Positions 60,606 to 64,000 of a DNA stretch of 64,000 bases are shown here, in pieces; the first letter of the stretch is position 1; each line of letters opens with the position of its first letter. The position numbers and the translations under genes were made by a program. Below the pieces are notes generated by a model. The model saw only the letters and a program-made list of their open reading frames with translations, was not told where the DNA came from and made no database searches. Origin of the DNA: Clostridia bacterium (GTDB lineage Bacteria; Bacillota; Clostridia; Oscillospirales; CAG-272); NCBI GenBank assembly GCA_017504785.1, contig JAFVQL010000078.1, positions 1,388-65,387 on the forward strand. Direction: 5' to 3'.

Positions 60606-62210
60606 ATGTATTCTGAACAGTTTAAAGACTCTCTTTCGCTCGTAGAAGCGGCCAGAGAGAAAAACATTGCAAATGAGCCCGTCCGTATGACGGCAGAGCA
60701 GAAGGAAAAAGTGCTTGCATCCTTCCACCCCGATTATAAGATGGATGAGTTCTCGGTTCTCGCGATCGGCCCCAACAAGGGCGATAGGGTTCCGAAGGAG
60801 CTTGCCGAGATCCTGCAGGCGCACAGCCGTATTACGGCGGATAGCGTATGCCTTGAAAAACCCGACTACGAGGCGGACGTTCTCGTTATCGGCGGCGGCG
60901 GTGCGGGTGCATCCGCAGCCATCGAGGCACATGAGGCAGGCGCAAAGGTTATGGTCGTAACCAAGCTTCGTATGGGCGATGCCAATACGATGATGGCAGA
61001 GGGCGGTATTCAGGCGGCTGATAAGCCCAACGATTCTCCCGCTATCCACTTCGTGGATGCCTTCGGCGGCGGGCACTTCGCGGCAAAGAGAGAGCTTCTC
61101 AAGAAGCTCGTTTGCGATGCCCCCGAGGCGATCGCATGGCTCTCTTCTCTCGGCGTTGAGTTCGATAAGGAAGAGGACGGAACGATGGTAACCACGCACG
61201 GCGGCGGTACCTCTCGCAAGCGTATGCACGCGGCGAAGGACTATTCGGGCGCGGAGATCATGAGAACCCTGCGTGACGAGGTTCTCAACCGCAAGATCCC
61301 CGTGATCGATTTCACCGCGGCGATCGAGCTGATCCTCGATGAAAACGGCAATGCCGCAGGTGCGGTCCTTATGAATATGGAAACCAAGGAGCTTCTCGTT
61401 GCCAAAGCAAAGACCGTTATCATCGCAACGGGCGGTGCGGGAAGAATGCACTATCAGGGCTTCCCGACCTCTAACCACTACGGCGCAACGGCAGACGGTC
61501 TGGTTCTCGGCTACCGCGCGGGCGCAAAGCTTCTTTACGCAGAGACGCTGCAGTATCACCCCACGGGCGTTGCATTCCCAGAGCAGATCTTCGGTGCGCT
61601 CGTAACCGAGAAGGTTCGCTCTCTCGGCGCAAAGCTCGTAAATAAGAACGGTGAAGTATTTATGCATCCCTTGGAGACCCGTGACGTAACGGCGGCTTCG
61701 ATCATCCGCGAGTGCTTCGAGCGCGATAACGGTATCGACTGCGGTAACGGCAAGGGCGTTTGGCTCGATACTCCCATGATCGAAAAGATCGGCGGAGAGG
61801 GAACGATCATGAAGAGGATCCCCGCCATGTGGAGAATGTTTGAAAAGTACGGCATTGATATCCGTTATGAGCCCATTCTCGTATATCCCACCTTGCACTA
61901 TCAGAACGGCGGTCTGGACATTACGGACGACTGTATGACAACAAATATTAACAATTTGTTCGTTGCAGGTGAGGCTGTCGGCGGTATTCACGGCAAGAAC
62001 CGACTGATGGGCAACTCGCTTCTCGATATCATCGTATTCGGTAGAAGCGCAGGTAAAAACGCTGCTGCAAAGGCAAAGGGCGTTACGCTTGGTAAGCTCT
62101 CGCTCGATCACGTAGCGAAGTTTGAAGCCGAGATCAAAAAGGCCGGCATCGAAACCGAAACCGTTTCCCCTAAGCTTCTTCCTAACTACACGAATCAGAA
62201 AAGCATTTAA
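60606..62210 (+). CDS. Soluble fumarate reductase/succinate dehydrogenase flavoprotein-like subunit (non-covalent FAD type)
   Basis: 534 aa with VLVIGGGGAGASAAIEA, LQYHPTG and GKNRLMGNSLLDIIVFGR. The position of the covalent-FAD His (SHT in SdhA/FrdA) reads ANT. The N-terminal extension of about 90 aa is unusual. Confidence 0.75.
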   Translation: MYSEQFKDSLSLVEAAREKNIANEPVRMTAEQKEKVLASFHPDYKMDEFSVLAIGPNKGDRVPKELAEILQAHSRITADSVCLEKPDYEADVLVIGGGGAGASAAIEAHEAGAKVMVVTKLRMGDANTMMAEGGIQAADKPNDSPAIHFVDAFGGGHFAAKRELLKKLVCDAPEAIAWLSSLGVEFDKEEDGTMVTTHGGGTSRKRMHAAKDYSGAEIMRTLRDEVLNRKIPVIDFTAAIELILDENGNAAGAVLMNMETKELLVAKAKTVIIATGGAGRMHYQGFPTSNHYGATADGLVLGYRAGAKLLYAETLQYHPTGVAFPEQIFGALVTEKVRSLGAKLVNKNGEVFMHPLETRDVTAASIIRECFERDNGIDCGNGKGVWLDTPMIEKIGGEGTIMKRIPAMWRMFEKYGIDIRYEPILVYPTLHYQNGGLDITDDCMTTNINNLFVAGEAVGGIHGKNRLMGNSLLDIIVFGRSAGKNAAAKAKGVTLGKLSLDHVAKFEAEIKKAGIETETVSPKLLPNYTNQKSI

Positions 62211-62225
62211 GGAGGCTTGGGAGCA

Positions 62226-63494
62226 ATGAAACTTTTCGGCGGTGTGATTCCGATCACCGGTATCACCTTTCTTATGTTCTCGATCTTTGCGATCATCGCC
62301 GTTGGCTATGCGCTCGGACGCATCACGGTGAAGGGCGTATCCCTCGGAGATGCGGGCGTGTTCATCGTGGCGCTTGTCTTCGGTTGCCTCTTTTTCAATC
62401 AGCTCGAGTCCGAACTTGTCATTAAGATCGCGGGCGGCATTGAGGTCGGCTTTGCGGATAAGGCGCTCAAGATCGTAGAAAATCTCGGTCTGATTCTGTT
62501 CGTAACCTCGGTCGGCTTTATTGCAGGTCCGAAATTCTTTGGTAACTTCAAGAAAAACTTTAAGTCCTATGTTGTGCTCGCGCTCGTCGTTATCCTTGCC
62601 GGCGGTCTTGCGGCGGTTGGCTGCATCTACTTCGGCAGAGGCATTATGGGCGAGGCCAACCATGAGGAGTTCACGGCAATGATCGTCGGACTTCTCTCCG
62701 GATCGCTCACCTCCACGCCCGCGTTCTCCGCGGCGAAGGCAACGGTTGATGCCGCTTACGAGGGTGCCGTTTCCGTAGGTCACGGTATTGCTTACATCTT
62801 CGGCGTTATCGGCGTCGTTTTGTTCGTTCAGCTGATTCCCAAGCTCACGCGCGCGGATATGGACGCTGAGCGCGCGAAGCTCGCAGAGTTCTCCGCTTCC
62901 GCAGAAACCGCCGCAAAGCCCGAAAAGAAGCGCAAGCTTCTCGAGCTTGATGGGCACGGATTCGCGGCGTTTGCGCTTGCGGCGATCGTTGGTACTTTCG
63001 TCGGTATGATCAAGATCCCGCTCTCCGCGAAGGGACTTGCGGGAACCTGCTTCTCGCTGACGACGACCGGCGGCTGCCTTCTCACCTCTCTCGTTTTCGG
63101 CCACTTTGCTCACGTTGGCCCTGTAAACGTAACGCCCAAGGATTCCACCCTTAAGATCTTTAAGGAGCTTGGCCTTATCCTCTTCCTTGTAGGCGCGGGC
63201 GTTGCGGGCGGAGCAGAGTTCGTAGAGCTCTTTAAGTTCAGCTACTTCATCTACGGTATAGTAATGACCCTCATTCCCATGATCGTAGGCTACTTCTTCG
63301 CGAAGTACGTGCTGAAGCTCAACCTTCTGAACAACCTCGGTTCTCTTACCGGCGCTATGACGAGCACTCCGGCGCTCGGAACGCTGACAGGGGTTGCCAA
63401 GACGGATGACGTTGCTGCGGCTTACGCGGCAACCTACCCGATCGCGCTGATCGCGGTCGTTCTCGTCTCGCAGTTCCTCGTTATCTTGTTTTAA
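62226..63494 (+). CDS. AAE (aspartate:alanine exchanger / YidE-YbjL-SucE) family transporter, short form
   Basis: ATG at 62226 after AGGAGG. Two homologous 5-6-TM halves are joined by a charged linker of about 40 aa (...ADMDAERAKLAEFSASAETAAKPEKKRKLL...). No TrkA-C-like central domains are visible. Confidence 0.6.
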   Translation: MKLFGGVIPITGITFLMFSIFAIIAVGYALGRITVKGVSLGDAGVFIVALVFGCLFFNQLESELVIKIAGGIEVGFADKALKIVENLGLILFVTSVGFIAGPKFFGNFKKNFKSYVVLALVVILAGGLAAVGCIYFGRGIMGEANHEEFTAMIVGLLSGSLTSTPAFSAAKATVDAAYEGAVSVGHGIAYIFGVIGVVLFVQLIPKLTRADMDAERAKLAEFSASAETAAKPEKKRKLLELDGHGFAAFALAAIVGTFVGMIKIPLSAKGLAGTCFSLTTTGGCLLTSLVFGHFAHVGPVNVTPKDSTLKIFKELGLILFLVGAGVAGGAEFVELFKFSYFIYGIVMTLIPMIVGYFFAKYVLKLNLLNNLGSLTGAMTSTPALGTLTGVAKTDDVAAAYAATYPIALIAVVLVSQFLVILF

Positions 63495-63532
63495 TTAAAA
63501 ATTAATATATATTTGAAAGGAAAAAAACAACA

Positions 63533-64000
63533 ATGGCAAAGCTTGATTTAACCAAGTATGGCATCCTCGGCACGACCGAGGTTGTGCACAACCCCTCCTA
63601 TGAGGAGCTCTTCGCGGCAGAGACCGATCCCACCCTTGAGGGCTTTGAGAAGGGTCAGCTCACCGAGCTTGGCGCAGTAAACGTTATGACCGGTATCTAC
63701 ACCGGCCGTTCCCCCAAGGATAAGTTCATCGTTATGGACGATACCTCCAAGGACACCGTTTGGTGGACCTCCGATGAGTTCAAGAACGACAATAAGCCCG
63801 CTTCGATCGAGGCATGGAACGCTTGCAAGAAGCTGGCTATGGATCAGCTCTCCGGCAAGAAGCTTTACGTTATGGACCTGTTCTGCGGCACCAACAAGGA
63901 TTCCCGCATGGCGATCCGTTTCGTAATGGAGGTTGCTTGGCAGGCACACTTCGTTAAGAACATGTTCATCACGCCCTCTGCAGAGGAGCTTGCAAACTTC
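63533..64000 (+). CDS. pckA: Phosphoenolpyruvate carboxykinase (ATP), 5' partial
   Basis: The frame is open from ATG 63533 to the window end (156 codons), so it is absent from the ORF track. The sequence is [67 protein letters not shown]...[18 protein letters not shown]. This is the typical ATP-PEPCK N-terminus, close to those of succinate-producing anaerobes. Confidence 0.92.
   Translation, partial: MAKLDLTKYGILGTTEVVHNPSYEELFAAETDPTLEGFEKGQLTELGAVNVMTGIYTGRSPKDKFIVMDDTSKDTVWWTSDEFKNDNKPASIEAWNACKKLAMDQLSGKKLYVMDLFCGTNKDSRMAIRFVMEVAWQAHFVKNMFITPSAEELANF

Noticed and set aside
59865-63113. 1082-aa ORF on the - strand spanning three + strand genes (frdB-like, frdA-like, AAE transporter)
   Set aside because: This is an antisense shadow ORF. 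The + strand frames carry clear family motifs (GxGxxG, HPTG, FeS Cys patterns, TM repeats) with RBSs and tight operon spacing. The - strand product is R/A/G/L-rich low-complexity sequence with no motif. The strong GC3 bias depletes stop codons on the opposite strand.

Overview
This looks like a chromosomal segment of an anaerobic Firmicute. The gene content is Clostridia-like: archaeal-type AspRS, Rex, [FeFe] hydrogenases, IorAB and a SipW-type signal peptide. Strong GC3 codon bias creates very long antisense shadow ORFs. Layout: (i) 1-3.5 kb holds the right end of an integrative element (Xis-like, tyrosine integrase, AT-rich orphan 461-aa gene) abutting tRNA-Arg(CCT). (ii) 3.66-4.2 kb holds a near-identical 173-bp tandem repeat; each unit starts with a copy of the tRNA anticodon arm. 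(iii) An isolated PfkB-family kinase follows. (iv) 5.6-13.2 kb holds a complete, translationally coupled his operon headed by a TrpR-like YerC gene (hisZ-G-D-C-B-H-A-F-IE). (v) 13.3-20.1 kb holds a hairpin cluster, a riboswitch-like leader, a LURP-one-like gene, a membrane HExxH protease, small membrane/lipoproteins and an ABC-2 transporter. (vi) 20.2-32.5 kb is a housekeeping block (aspS, rpiB-like, PAP2, nrdR, yicC, remA, rpoZ, priA, def, fmt, rsmB, rlmN, rsgA). (vii) 32.5-44.6 kb holds lipoproteins, a TasA-like/beta-helix secreted protein, a heparinase II/III-like protein, a GltS-like transporter, a MATE transporter and iorAB. (viii) 45.4-64.0 kb is an uninterrupted same-strand redox supercluster. 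It runs rex, two NuoE-like [2Fe-2S] proteins, sensory [FeFe]-hydrogenase HydS plus PP2C phosphatase, an Ldh/Mdh-family dehydrogenase, an [FeFe] hydrogenase, fumC, hdrB-C-A, mvhD, two AsrA-like and one AsrB-like (Flx-like) proteins, a soluble frdB/frdA-like pair, a short AAE-family transporter and pckA (partial). The most unusual item is the Hdr/Flx-type module sitting in one operon with the fumarate-reductase-like pair; it is a candidate ferredoxin-coupled (electron-bifurcating) NADH:fumarate reductase. Second is the tRNA-anticodon-arm-bearing tandem repeat next to the island. I saw no rRNA, CRISPR array or transposase.
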